In this document: one piece after another, positions 49,277 to 62,000 of the stretch
Layout of the letters: every line of letters starts with the position of its first letter
Numbering within the stretch: the first letter of the stretch is position 1
NCBI GenBank assembly: GCA_002269645.1
Contig: NIVC01000139.1
Span: 179,591 to 243,590 of the forward strand
Source: Macrostomum lignano
Lineage: Eukaryota
Reading direction: 5' to 3'
Length of the DNA: 64,000 nt
Program-made: the position numbers and the translations under genes
The notes under the pieces: generated by a model
Told to the model about the DNA's origin: nothing
Seen by the model: only the letters and a program-made list of their open reading frames with translations
Databases searched by the model: none

Positions 49277-50800
49277 ATGCACTGCTCAATCTTAGAATTT
49301 CCTTTAAATGTTTTAGTCTGTTCTTAAGTAGCATATTTTATTGTTCACATTTTATTTCCCATAAAATGCTAAAGTACATTGACAATTATGTTATCAGTAT
49401 ATGTATCTATACGATACGGGTCTATACCACTAGGTCTTTTGAGAATAATGCTTTAATATTTCCCATAAGGCTTTTTTCATTGGCTTTAAAGCTATTTTAG
49501 CGTTTTAAGATTTAAAACTTTTCTACACGCTTTATGACCAATTCTCTTTCGCACTTATGTTTGTGACATTTTGTTGCAATCTTTCGAGATATTCAGTCGA
49601 CCACGCCAGTTGCCTGAACATCAGGATCAAGGTGAGACAGCTGACAGACGTGGAGACCTCGGTTGGAACGCCAAACCTCCCTGTTTTACTTAAAGATCTC
49701 TTCGCTTTACTGGCTAATTTATAGCACTTCATTGCAGTTCTCGCACTAAGAATGACAGACTATTGCTAATTTAGCGCGCCTAATTCTGCAGCCAGTAGCG
49801 CTGTATTTCCAATGCAGGCGCACTTGTTGGATGGATGAGAATGGTGTTTTTCAATGAGAAATGCTGTGCAGTTTCCGCTGGTGCAGCTACAGACTGGACA
49901 AGAAGGCCAGGCCCGTCAGACAGCAGAGCAGGCTGGGCCCGACTGAAGGCAGTAACCAATCAGACTATACAATGTTATAGTCAGTAGGACATCAGCTTGT
50001 ATAGCCTGACACGGAGACTCAGGACTCGCTGTTCTCCCCCGAATCTCTATGTTAATGTCACTGTCTGTAATTCAGCTGTCCATTAAAATTTTCAGGAAGG
50101 GGGCACTGAAAAAGTGAGCAATTCCAAAATGTACTTCATTGTGTACTGTATTAAATAAACCAGCCAGATTTTCACCCTATTGTGATACCTCCTGTACTTG
50201 CGTACTTGCGGATGGCTGACTAGTATTGTTGAAAACACGAAGTTGATCAAAACGTTGGGATAAGAACGAGGCATTGTTCTAGCGGTTCTCCACATAAAGT
50301 TATCTTACTGGTTTGTGTCAAATCTGTGCTGAACCTTTATTAGACGCATTTTTTACCTATACGATCTACCTAACTACGAGCGTGTGTTATTGTAATTTTG
50401 AAAAAGAAGCTAAAAGAACAATCTGAAACGTCTTTCCGACTCTTGTGACGAAGCGAGCAGCCATTCGTTCAGCGGAATCTGGGAATTAGCCGCCATTATC
50501 CCATTCCACCATCTAGAATCTTCACGCGCAACTGAGTCTGGTACAGAAATACGAGCACACTTCAACAAGCGCATACTTTGTTACTTAGCGGAGTTCACTA
50601 GAGAAAATCGTATTAGAGCACTACTAGCTCGTTTTAGAAGAAAATTGTGAAAGGCTAAGATAGTGAAGAGGTCTAGATTCACGCAACGCTCTCTCTGGCG
50701 TTGCAGTTTGCAGCAGATTGCAGGGAAATCGATTTCGCACATGTTATATCTAAAAATTTACCTGAGCAATTGAAAGAGGCAAGACGATAAGTATGCTCAC

Positions 50801-52064
50801 CTGATTAGCAGGCGGTAGGCAATCAAGGATGCTGAGCATGAGCTTCGCCCCGCCTTTTGGGTCTCCGGGCAGCCGCACCTGCAGAGCATCCAGCATCATT
50901 CGGTACAGTGCGTTGGTGAACAGCGGCTCGGGCAACTCGCACAGAAAGTCCTTCAGAACTCCTGCAAAGAAGTATCGACACTTTCAATCCAGCTAAAATT
51001 GTGACTTTATAAAGGCACCGTGTCTGGAAATTTCGCAAATCAGAGAAAAAAGTTTAAGAGAACTGTGCTTAACAGCATCTTACCGGTGACGGCGTGAATA
51101 TCGGGAACTTTTTCTGCTGAAACGTCAGCCTCGGCAGCACTGCGGTCAAGAGCGTCCCTGACCGGCTGCTTGTTGCGGGAAGAGCCACATAGACGGTAAA
51201 TTCCTGCCACCTCGAGCCCACGTCGCTCCACCTCATCGATGCACTTGCGCACAAGCATGGGGATGGAGCTCTTCTCTCGACGCGCCAGTAAATCGAGCGG
51301 AACGCCAAACACTCCACTGCGTTGGGCTGGCTCTCGGCAAAAAACCTCATGAACTTCTGCGAAAGTCACTTCAAAGTAAAGCTGGCCCTTGGGCTCAAGG
51401 CTGAGAGCAATCTTTTCTGACTTGATGTAGCGCTGCCGAAATGAAGACAGAAGGGACACCAGGTTCACGTTTCCATAGAAGCACAGTCGATGCTTGCTCC
51501 GAGGGTCCCATTGGTACAGCAGGAAGCCGAGGCCACGGGCTCCGGAGCAAAAAATGTCAAACTGCTCGTCCCATTCGAAGCAGTCCGTGCTGGTGCGGAT
51601 CATGGATCGGGCCACCCGGGTGGAGTCAAGCTCCAGTAGGCAATAAAGATCCCGCAGCAGAGACTGGGACGAGTGCAGCCCCACTCCCGCGATCACATGA
51701 ACCCGAAGGACTCCATCAACTCCGGCCAGCCCGAGCTGAGCCGGCGACTTTGCACTGCGGTCAGATGAGCAGGGCCGGAACTCAAGCTTGTTGACCTTGG
51801 AAGAGAAGCGGGCCAGCTCCCAGTCCTTTACTCGGAACTTCTGTGCACCCTTGAGATTCAGCACATCCTCTTTGGTAGTTCTAGCAGCGGTTGCAGCGAC
51901 AGGTGGCGGATGGCTGGTTTGTGTCGAAGATGCAGTAGAGTGCCTGGCCAAGCCCGCGGGTAGCGCATAGGCACCCGCCAGCAGCGGATGGGAGGCTTCG
52001 AAGGGGTGAAGCCCTGAAGCTAAGGATTCTGTACTCATTTGTCTCGCTGAACTTCGGTTGAACA

Positions 52065-52114
<50 letters not shown>

Positions 52115-52336
52115 TGCAGAAGTTGCAATTGCTGTTGCTGTTGCAGTAGCTGCTGCCGGCGACCTAAAGGGCGTCCGAATTCGTCCTGCAGAAGCGGTGG
52201 TGGCCACTCAGACAACCCTGGATTGTCAAAAGCCTCTGGCATTGGAACGGGCGCGAATTCCGGCGGTGGTTCTGTGGATTTGATTTGAAATGAACCCTTG
52301 CTGTAGAAGGAATTACGCATCTTCCAGTCTTTATCG
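50801..52336 (-). CDS. SYDE1: SYD-1/RhoGAP100F/SYDE-type RhoGAP, C2 and RhoGAP exons (51084..52336, 50801..50961)
   Basis: C2 domain: GVLRVHVIAGVGL...DLYCLLELD...ARSMIRT...FEWDEQF. RhoGAP: VFGVPL...IPMLVRKCIDEVERRGLEVAGIYRLCGS...DIHAVTG|VLKDFLCELPEPLFT. Confidence 0.9.
52066..52110 (-). repeat. Coding (CAG)15 run within a Q17 polyglutamine tract
   Basis: (CTG)15 on the plus strand followed by TTG CTG, in frame in the RhoGAP exon. Confidence 0.95.
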
Positions 52337-54748
52337 CTACAATAGTTGAAAACAGTGTTTTTTCATTTGATAATTAAAATTATATTTAACTTTGGCGTAC
52401 TTCTTGTCATCTGTCAGATGTGAGACAAATTAGCTGAGGGTGTGGCCATGCAGACGGGGTTTGCGTCCCTACTTATCGTCTGCCTACGTCGCTGAATTGT
52501 AATTTCTGACATACAGTTTCTGATGGACAATAAATTATCAATATACCTGCTCATATACACCTGTAAATTCGCTCGTATGTCGAGGGTGGCGCCTGACCTT
52601 GGGTGCATCTGCACTCAAACTCCTCGCCAGCCCAAATCTTGTGAACCTCTTCAAGATTAATGTCATGTGATGCGAAAGCAAAGTAGGCTTTTACCTTTCT
52701 CTCCCTTGTTCACTGTTTGCTTTTAGAAAGCTGCTAAAGGGCGTCTTATGTTGTCAGTCCCAGAAATTAGAAGTTCAATATAAACTAGGGGCTTCACGAC
52801 CAGGTCCTCATACAATATAGCTTGACCATTTCCATCCCGCAAAATACCAAGGAGGCATTGCACCCCTTTGACGTTTTGCTGCACCTGGATGAAGCAGCGC
52901 AGGTGCACCTTCAAAATTAACTACGAGCATCTATATTTTTGCTGACAGTTTTGCAAAAACTCAAAGTTGAAAACAAATATTTTTGAAAGATTGAATTGAA
53001 TTTCCACAGATTTTTTAGTCTGGTCAAGGGTGCTAAATTGCTGAGTCAAGTACTTAAGCATCGTACGAGTACATCGCGTACGGATTTCTAGCCACCAAAA
53101 AACATGACGGACCTACGGGAACTTCAACGTGCTGAAAATTCAGACTTTTATTCGGAATAACGCAAAAACAGTTTTAAAAACTTCTTTCCATCGGCTCTCC
53201 ACTTGGGTGCAGCAAAACTTGTCAGGGCTCAGGAATGCCACTTTAATAGTTTTACTGATACAGAGCTGATTGTTAGCTTCAAATTCCTGAGAAGCTGAGT
53301 TTCAATCCTGCTGCGCAAGGTCAGCACAAGTTCATGCGGTGGCAGAATTGTACTGGAAAGCTGATGGTCTGGCTGCCTGCAGTAGAAAAAGCATCAAAAG
53401 CTTCCGCAGAGATGCCAATCAAGTTTGACTGTCCATATGGAATGAAATCTGCCCAGGGTGAAGAAGGGTCGTCCATCGAGTTGGCTTTGCAGTGTCAGGA
53501 AGCGAAGGAGGCAGGGGAGAACTTGACCTTTTTGTCCCTAGGGCAATCTTTAGAGCAGTTGAATGGGCATGGCTGAGTCTTCTCAATTGAAGGAGAAGCG
53601 GAGCACAGAGCTTAGGTGGAGGAAGTGGGCTGCTCCTGAGATAAGAGGATAAAAAGAAATGCCACCTGTTGCGCCACTTGGCTGCGTCGTGCGAAAGTTC
53701 AACGGGCTTCCCAACACTGTCTGATTGGGAAAGCCAAAGGCTAGCGAACTGGCAATAAATAATCCAATTTGAGAAGTTCATTTGCAAGCAGAAGGCTTTG
53801 AGAATTTCATTCTACCGTTGGAGAGGCCAATCTCCTGAGGCGTTACTGGAACTACCTACGACTGCGATCAACCTGCAAAAATCTCTGACCAAAATTCGGC
53901 TTTGCGCAATGTTGCTTTTGACCTGCTTTCTCTCCACCCCAGCCAGCTTTCCCTATGATGATCACAATCTCAATCGGTAGAAAATTTCGGGACTTAAGTG
54001 CCTCCGCTACTGTCATCTGCAGTCGCAGTCCAAATTTAGGGGATCAAAGAGAGGAGAAAAGAGGAATAGCGAAAATACGAGCTATATATGATTATTGAGT
54101 CTCAGCAAGGTTAATATCCCCATCGAAATATCTCTCTCCTTACTGTTTCTACAAAAACTAGAAGCGAGGTACGTGACTTGCTTCCATCGCTTGATTAGCA
54201 CTTCGCCTCCTGTTTCTGCCCCACTCTCACAAGGTGGGATGGAAAAGAGGCAGGTTGCAGCTGATGAAGTGGCACTAGACGGATAGAGGCAGTCTGATGA
54301 AGGGAGAGGCTGGACCGAGATGGAGCTAATGGAGGGGTACAGAAGCGAGAGGCCTCCGTTGAGCTACTAGCTATGTTACGGAGCCATGTATAGTAATTAA
54401 TTAATAAGGCAGCCCATGACCAAACTGCAGAGCAAACACGCCAATTTGAGGCCCCTCCGATGCTAACGAGGGCTGGACTAAGCTCAGTTCTTTCTTGCCT
54501 CCAACCGCCCCAACCACACTCGCAATGGTCTTCACTCTCGCTGCATCTCATCGCGCTAAGCGTCCCATGCAGCTCCCGCAACCCACAGCACTACGCTCGT
54601 ATACTCATATCTAATAGCTTAGCTTATTAGGCATGCTAATCCCAATGCACACACTTAGAAACTTCTAGTCATTTGTAAATAAACAATAAATTATACCGGT
54701 AACAGATTATAATAAAAATCAAGACTTTGAAACGCGCACAGAACTCAC

Positions 54749-56018
54749 CGGTAGCGGGTTGCCAGGCCGCCGCTCCAAAAGCCCCACGACTGTGCGGAGG
54801 CTGGTAAAAAAACTGCTCAGTGGAGCGCCTTGCCCAGTAGGGATCGCTTGGAGACTGCTGGCTCTGCGGCATCTGCTGCAGCTGGTGGACTGCTGCACTC
54901 AGCATTCGCTGGTGTCGAGGTGATCCATATTCATCCTCTTCGCCAGAAGAATACGATGGGCCAGGTCGGTGTCCTCGGCTGCTATAGACGTGATGAAGCG
55001 CATGCAGCTCGGAGTCTGAGCAGTATTCATGGGGCACATAGCCGTGTCGCGAGGACATTGGGTAATGCTGGTGCAGGGTTGGGGTGCTCGGCTGAGCTGT
55101 CGGCGGCTCGCACTGCACAGCCGAGTCGCGGTACTCCACAGAGGGCGATTGAGGCAACCGGCGCTGCCCAAACCGGCCTTGCTGGGTAGTGGGAGAGCTT
55201 GCCGCCGAGCTCGTGTGTCGCTGTTGAAAGACAGCCGTTCGCAGGCCAGGCCGAGCCGGGCCAAGATGGGATAGGCCAGGCTTCGTCTGTCCGAACTGTT
55301 GTATGCCAGGCCTCGGGTGCACCTGCACAAGGTGATGCTCCGGGGCGAAGTGAACCGCCCTTTGGCCCTCAAGGTCACGCGGATCCCTGGAGTTGGCTGA
55401 ATTCTCTGAGCTCAACCCTGAATCGTTCGAGTCCTCGCCAGCCTGCTGCTCGAGCTGCAGCCTTCTCAGCTCAAGAGCCCGCTGAGCCGGCTCGTCCAAG
55501 TGATATGGCTGGCAAGAGTCAGGCCTCCCCCTGCGCTGCATCATTGGCTTTAGAGATTCGTCCTCTTCTTCCTCTGAGGTGGATCCGCCAAGTTGTTCTG
55601 TCAACAAAGCTGGTGCATGAATCACAAATAGTGGCTTGTCCTTCTGCTGCTGCCTTTGAGGTTGCTCCTGCTCTGGTGAGTACCTTCGTCTGATATGCAA
55701 CTTTAGAGTCCTTGGAATAGACATAAGAACTACCACATCGTCAATGCCGGAGTTGCGCAGATCCACTCCGTTAACTCCCAAAATTTCGTCCCCAATGCGT
55801 AGCAGCCCTTGCTGACCAATGTAGCTGCTCTCACTGAGCCTGGATATGAAGATTCCAGAAGGCTGATCGATCCCACTGCTTTCCCGAATGTAGAAGCCGA
55901 GTGTTTGGCCTGGCTGTTTGTGAATTTCAACTATTCGCTCCTCAATGGTCGGCTGAGGCTTCTGCAGCTCGAACTTCTTGCTAGTGTCTTCCTCGGACCC
56001 GCAGTCTTTGCTAGTCAT
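54749..56018 (-). CDS. SYDE1: SYD-1/RhoGAP100F/SYDE-type RhoGAP, PDZ-containing first modelled coding exon
   Basis: IVEIHKQPGQTLGFYIRE...GIFISRL...LRIGDEILGVNGVDL...DDVVVLMSIPRTL matches the invertebrate SYD-1 PDZ domain. Donor ACC G|gtgagt at 54748. The true start and any upstream exons are uncertain. Confidence 0.85.
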
Positions 56019-59000
56019 TATGACCAGTAGGCCGGCGACGGTTCTGCGAGGCCGGTGGAGGGGCGGGGCAGGCAGTCACGGAGGAGCTTCCAGCGGTCAG
56101 GGAGTCTCGGCCAATCAGATGGCAGATGGAGGAGAAGCAGAGAAGGACAGCGGGAGAGAGTGGAAGAGAGAAGCACGGGAAGGGAATATGAATGAACAGG
56201 GGATGAGCATAGAGGATTTTGTGATGCAGAGTACGGAAATTGGCTTCATCTAAGACAGGGAATTGGGGAAGAGAAGCTCCCGCCGACGGCGGCCGCAACC
56301 ACGTCCATAGGCGGCCGGAAAGGTAGAAAGAGAGGAGAGAGTCGGGGTACCCTTCATACTCTTCTTCTTCTGTCTGACCCAGCCGCTGCACTCTGAGCTC
56401 TTTTCAGCTGTGGGAAGGGGAGACATCGAGTTGAACGGAGAGGAAGCAGAAGGGGGAAAGGGCTGCAAGATTTGCAACTGATTCAAACAGAGACATGGAA
56501 GACGCTCCTGAGAGAAGAGGATGGAGAGAAGGAAAGTGGGGTAGCAACTCTAGCAGTGCACGGAGGCTCCCGTCAGAGTTCCTTGCTTCATTCACGTCCC
56601 ACAAACCGCACTTTGTACTTGGGCTCAGCGAGAGCTAAACAGGCCATGTAGTGAAGTGGCCAAGCGCACTTTCTAGTTCACATTCACTTCCCATTAAAAA
56701 TTCGATGATACTGCAGAGACAAGGATGGAGAGCGAAGGACCTTAGTGACTAAATATGCGCATTATCGCGCAGAACAGTGAATGAAACGCTAAACTAACCC
56801 GGATTAGCAGCAATAGTTTTCTTATACTTTTATGCATTGTACTTTATACTTTTAAGCAATATTTTCGACACGAATTGAAGCTTAGACATTACCGATGCTT
56901 CAGATAATTTTAGTAAGGTTTCAATTCGTATTGCTAATGGCCTGATCTAGCAAATTTTAGCTCTAAAAAGGCCATTTCAGTAATGCTGTTATAAGGTGCC
57001 ACTGAATGCATTGAATGCATTGCACCCACCATTGGGTGCCCCGATTGAATCTGATTAGTCAGTTCTATCGGGGAACCCAACACAGTCTCTCTTGTCCTCC
57101 ATCATCCAAGCCATTGCAGCAAACTGTCTCCCAGAATTCACGCGCTCAGTCACAGTGATTGATCGGTCTGCCCTGGCTTATTTTTAGCTGAGCAACTAAC
57201 TGTTAACTTTTAAGAGGCTGCCAACTCACTTGAAAATAGCAGGAAATAAAGCTTTTCCTGCCCCTTTGACTGGGATTGCTTGTAGTTGGACAAAGGCCAG
57301 TCAGGCGCCTGCTGCAGCGAATCTCAGCTGATTAGCTCGTACCAAATCACGAATCAGGCTAAAATCTTCAATCAGACAATCAGATCAATCAGACTTTTCC
57401 AGAGAACCATAACCGCTCCAAACTACTTGTAGTAGGCTAATATTTCCTATGATTAGCTGAAGAATTTCCGTTGTATTTAAAACAAATGCAAAAAGTAAGC
57501 TGATCATTGCTCTCAATGAGATCGAACTTTGGCCTTGATTTGATTCAATAATCTCCGATCTGAACTACAAGAGTAATATATAAGGTCCTCCATCTGATAT
57601 TCGATGCTGGAAATGCTTTCTGGATCCTTTAAATGGCTGCGGATTGTATCCCTGAAGGCTTGCGGACACCAACATTCAGTGCTGACCAAGGCCAGTAAAA
57701 TGGACTTCCATATACAGTAAGGTGGCAGCACTTCGTAAAAAGTCTGAGGCAGCATTTTTGAATTTGGAAAAACAGTTGGACCGATTTTCGGTAAAAGCAA
57801 GGCGGCTGAGGTGGTAATTTCCAGCTATCTGCCCCAACTATTCCATTCAAACGTCTGTATTCCACGTCAATGGTAGAAAATCAAGCCACTTCATGATTGC
57901 TATGATACTTAAAAATTGAAAACATTTGTTTAAGACCCTGAAACCATCCCACAAAGATAGATGTTCGCAAGTTGCTAAAGAAGAGGCATGACAGGGGATG
58001 CCAATTTCAACGCTGGAATCAAGCCAAAAGCGCGACCCCGGACCAGACCAACTCAAATCGACAAACGGTCTCTCTGAATTTGTCGATCTGAGTTGGCTTT
58101 CAGTCATCGATTCCAGTCTGCTTGGCCCTGGTGCTTTGGGTTTATTTCAGCGCTTGAGTTGGCATCCCTATTAAATAATAATTTATCTCGATTAAATGTA
58201 CAACCAACAGCTTTGGATCCTATAAGTTTTGGATCCCGTTGAGAGTGTCTCGGTGTGAGCGTGTAGTCTTCAGAACCTAGTCGCTTAGGGTTGTATACAA
58301 GGACCACTGTGTTGTATACAGTGAACCTTGGTTGTACATCAGGACAGAATGAACCAAGGTTCTTGAAGTAAGCCCTGCTTGGACCCTGACGGTGGACTGA
58401 TGCGATCTCATCCGCTGAGTGCCCATTCGGTAGACGATATAGAGAAGAATGCCAAGAATTCGTTGATGCATATCTTTTCTGAGCAATGCCAGCTTGATTT
58501 AGCAGTTCGGTCCAAAGCAAAAAAATCTACCAGCTCTCGGAACTTGCTGTAAAAACAGGGCGCGGCTCCCGCTAATGGAAAATCTGCCCAGCATTTGAAA
58601 GCATTCCTGCAAACCCAGAGCTTGGCCATTGCTTCCGGAGAGAGTCGGGACTTCTACAGGAGAAGGGAAGCTGTTAGAATGAATAAATTTTTCATGAAGC
58701 AGCTCTTTCTAGACTTTGCCATTCCCATTGTCCCGCACTCCCCATTCTGTTTCTTGTCCACAGAGGTAGCTTCAATGAGTACCCAGCTTAAACAAACCTT
58801 GGCCTCCGCGGCCTTTAGCTCTCAGCTCTTTGTGTCGCCTCATGGGCTCGCGAAATTTCAACCACCGGAGCAGCAGTGAGAAAGACAGCCGCAAGTACCA
58901 ACAGCAAGGGGTCAGTCGTTGGTACGATTAGAAGCGTAGAAAACGTGAGACTTCGATGCGAAATAGGAGTAAGTTGCAGAAATTGCATTCCGTGGATTCA

Positions 59001-62000
59001 CACGCTACTACGCTCGAAACTGCAGTGCTCAAAACCTCACTTGCCTAAAGGATTGGATGATGCATCTCAGAGTTAAAAGCAATTGTAACTCGTATCAATA
59101 GACTTTCCAAGCTTGGCGGCTCCCGTTTCCTTAAAAGTACAACCGCTTCATCCTGAATCTGAGACTCTTAATTAAAAAGCGACTTTGATTGAAGAGCGCC
59201 TGGGAGTCTGAAGATGGAGCATCCCAATCTTCTTGGAAGGGAGGGGATGAAGCTACGCTACAGATGGTGTTGACGATGGGACTCGCCTGATCTCTCTTTC
59301 CTTGATCATCATTGCAGAGTTTTGACACCGAACGGAGGCTAAGAAGAAATTTACATCAGCTGATGAGCAAGATAAAAGAATATCTCCTATTTCTTGCCTC
59401 TTGAGACGCTGAGCTGTAGATTAGAGCCCAGGTAAGCTGAATAACAGGCTGACAGAGTAGTTGTTCAGTCTTACCATCATCGATATTTATAGGTGCCTCT
59501 GCAATTCCAGAGCCCGAAATCATTGCAATGATAGCTTAAATGTCAGGGAAGCAGCAAATCAGGGGAAAAGTGGGAGACAGAGAAAGGTCCCACTGACAAT
59601 GGCCAAAGTGGTGAAAAACTCTAGCCTTTCTTTCCTAGCCTGTTTGCCATGCCCGGAATTTCTCATTTCCCGGACCCCGCACTCTCAGCAAAAAGCGGAG
59701 CAAACACTGCGCGGGCAGCCACCCTCCCTCAACTGCAGCAGCAGCGATCGATTCGCTGAACGCTTGTCCCTGACCTCTAGCAAGATTTCCCTGCAGACAC
59801 CGGTTGTCTTGCTTCTTTTTATTTCTTTCCGGGACTGACTCGCAATTCTGCGCCGCCCCCTGCGTGCCCGATGTCTGCACGCAAACAGAGAAGCAGGCGG
59901 TCGCTCTTCAAGCAAGAGGGTTGGACGGACCAAGACAGAAGAAGCCTGAGTGACCAGCTATCCTGTGGATTAGCCTCACTCTGATGCTCGCTTGTACTCA
60001 CTGGAGTCGTGCTGGTTGCTTTCAAAGCTTCTTTCAGCAAAGTCCCATGAGACTGTGAGGAAAAGCTCCACGCTCACCTAAAAGTATACATAAATTCAGG
60101 GCAATGGGCAACAAATGATTGAAAGTGCGAGTATACTACTAAAACGAATTGCCGAAACTATCGGGCTGAAGAAGCAAACGGTCGGAGTCGACGAGGGGTG
60201 GGCAGACTGGTGGAGTCCATGAGGAGCGGACATATACATATTATACACAGAAAGATCAGCAAAACGGAATGCCGGACGGAGATATGGAGAAGCGGGAAGA
60301 GACGACAGAGAGCGGGAGTCGTAAGTCAGTCTAGGGTATTCCAATTATAGATCTACTGTATCAGACACTGGAAAATTGGATGTCGCAGATCGCACTAAGA
60401 TGGAGCTCGACTTGAGTGTCCGGGTCAGAGGAACACAGGGAAGAAATACACTTAGGTTTTTCGGAATCCCTCCTACATGCCTCCAGGCGCGAGAAGAGAA
60501 AAGATAATTTAATAAATGAAGGGTAGTCGGAAGACAGAGCGCAGTTTCGGAACTGACACTCCAACAGGAAATCATCAGAGAGCCGTTCTCACTTCGACTT
60601 GGTTTTCCTATATGAGCTGTCCCTTGCTACTTCTTTGGACTCATCCTGCATTTCTAAATTAGCCGCTTCCTGAGTACTCAGTTGATTTTATGGAGTTACA
60701 AAGGCATAGTTCTCACAGAGAAAAATGGGAGGGGAAAATAGGAAAACACTCATAAATAGGCTATTTAATGATAGCAGCAACAGTCGCCCCAACATGACAG
60801 GCGTCTGAGCAGATTTCAGACACAACCATGCTCCTTTGTCTCCTTGGATTACGAACGCTGGGGTGCAACTTTGGTGGACTTCCCCACGCACCCCATGCGC
60901 CTTGCACATCTGTGCTAGCCACTGCGAACACGGCTGTACCTTTTTGCGCCCACAAGCTCCTAAACCAGATAATCCAGCTTGGTTGGGTCTGAAGCAGCAA
61001 CAGCAGCAAAAAGCTCAACGAGAAAGTACAGATTATAATTCATCCCTACTCACTTTTGCATTATGCGCCTATCCACTCCTGCCTTTTGCCCACATACGAG
61101 CTATTACTGTGCAGACTTTATCATGATGCTCTTCCTTCCTGATTTCGCGTTGTTCATAGCCCCCACCGCTTCCTGCCGGCCCGCACGTACCGCTGGATGC
61201 TCTGCAGGCCGTCATTAATGCAGCTGCCTAATATTTGGGCGGCTGCTTTTTGAGACCTAATTAATGGTCCTCAGTGACCATCGCCTGAGGTGAAACAGAA
61301 TTTTTCACTGCTGAGTGGCTGAGCTGAGCTCTCAAATAAACTTTTACAGCCCCGAACTGGCTTCTGGCTGGGATGAGATCTATTCCAGGGACAACTAAAA
61401 CACCTCTTTAGACTTGAGAGTTGCAGTTGGAATGGACATAGAACACTACTTTCAAACGAGCCCCCAACTTTTTTTCATTATGTTTTGGCTCGTTTCGCGT
61501 CCCGACTGTTTTAGTTGTCCCTGATCTATTTTCCAAGATGCTTCGATGTTTGGTAAGCATTTTAGCTTCTCTGTGGAAAAGCACCCAATGAAGTTTTCAT
61601 TAGATGAAGAATTAGATGCAGAGAATGTTTTTGAATCTGGCGTCCGTTGCAAGCCAGACTATTAGCCTGTCCACTGGTCACCGGTATACTCATATTACAA
61701 GTTAATACAGTTATTACAAGTAGTATTACAAGTTAGACAAAATCGATGAGAGTTTTGAGGGCCAAAGAAGTGTAGGATGTGAATGAAACTTAAAAATTTT
61801 ACGATGCAACCTTCCAATGAAAAATTTCCACGGCTCAAAACTTTTAATAAAAAATTCGGAAAACGACTGAGCCTGCCGCTCCAGATTCTCTCCTGTCTGG
61901 TCAAAAAATCAAAACTCAAAATCAGTAACATTGAAAATCTGCTTCCAACCCAACGCAAATACAGTTTGGTTTGCAATCCGGACACTCACGAGTTAAGCAT

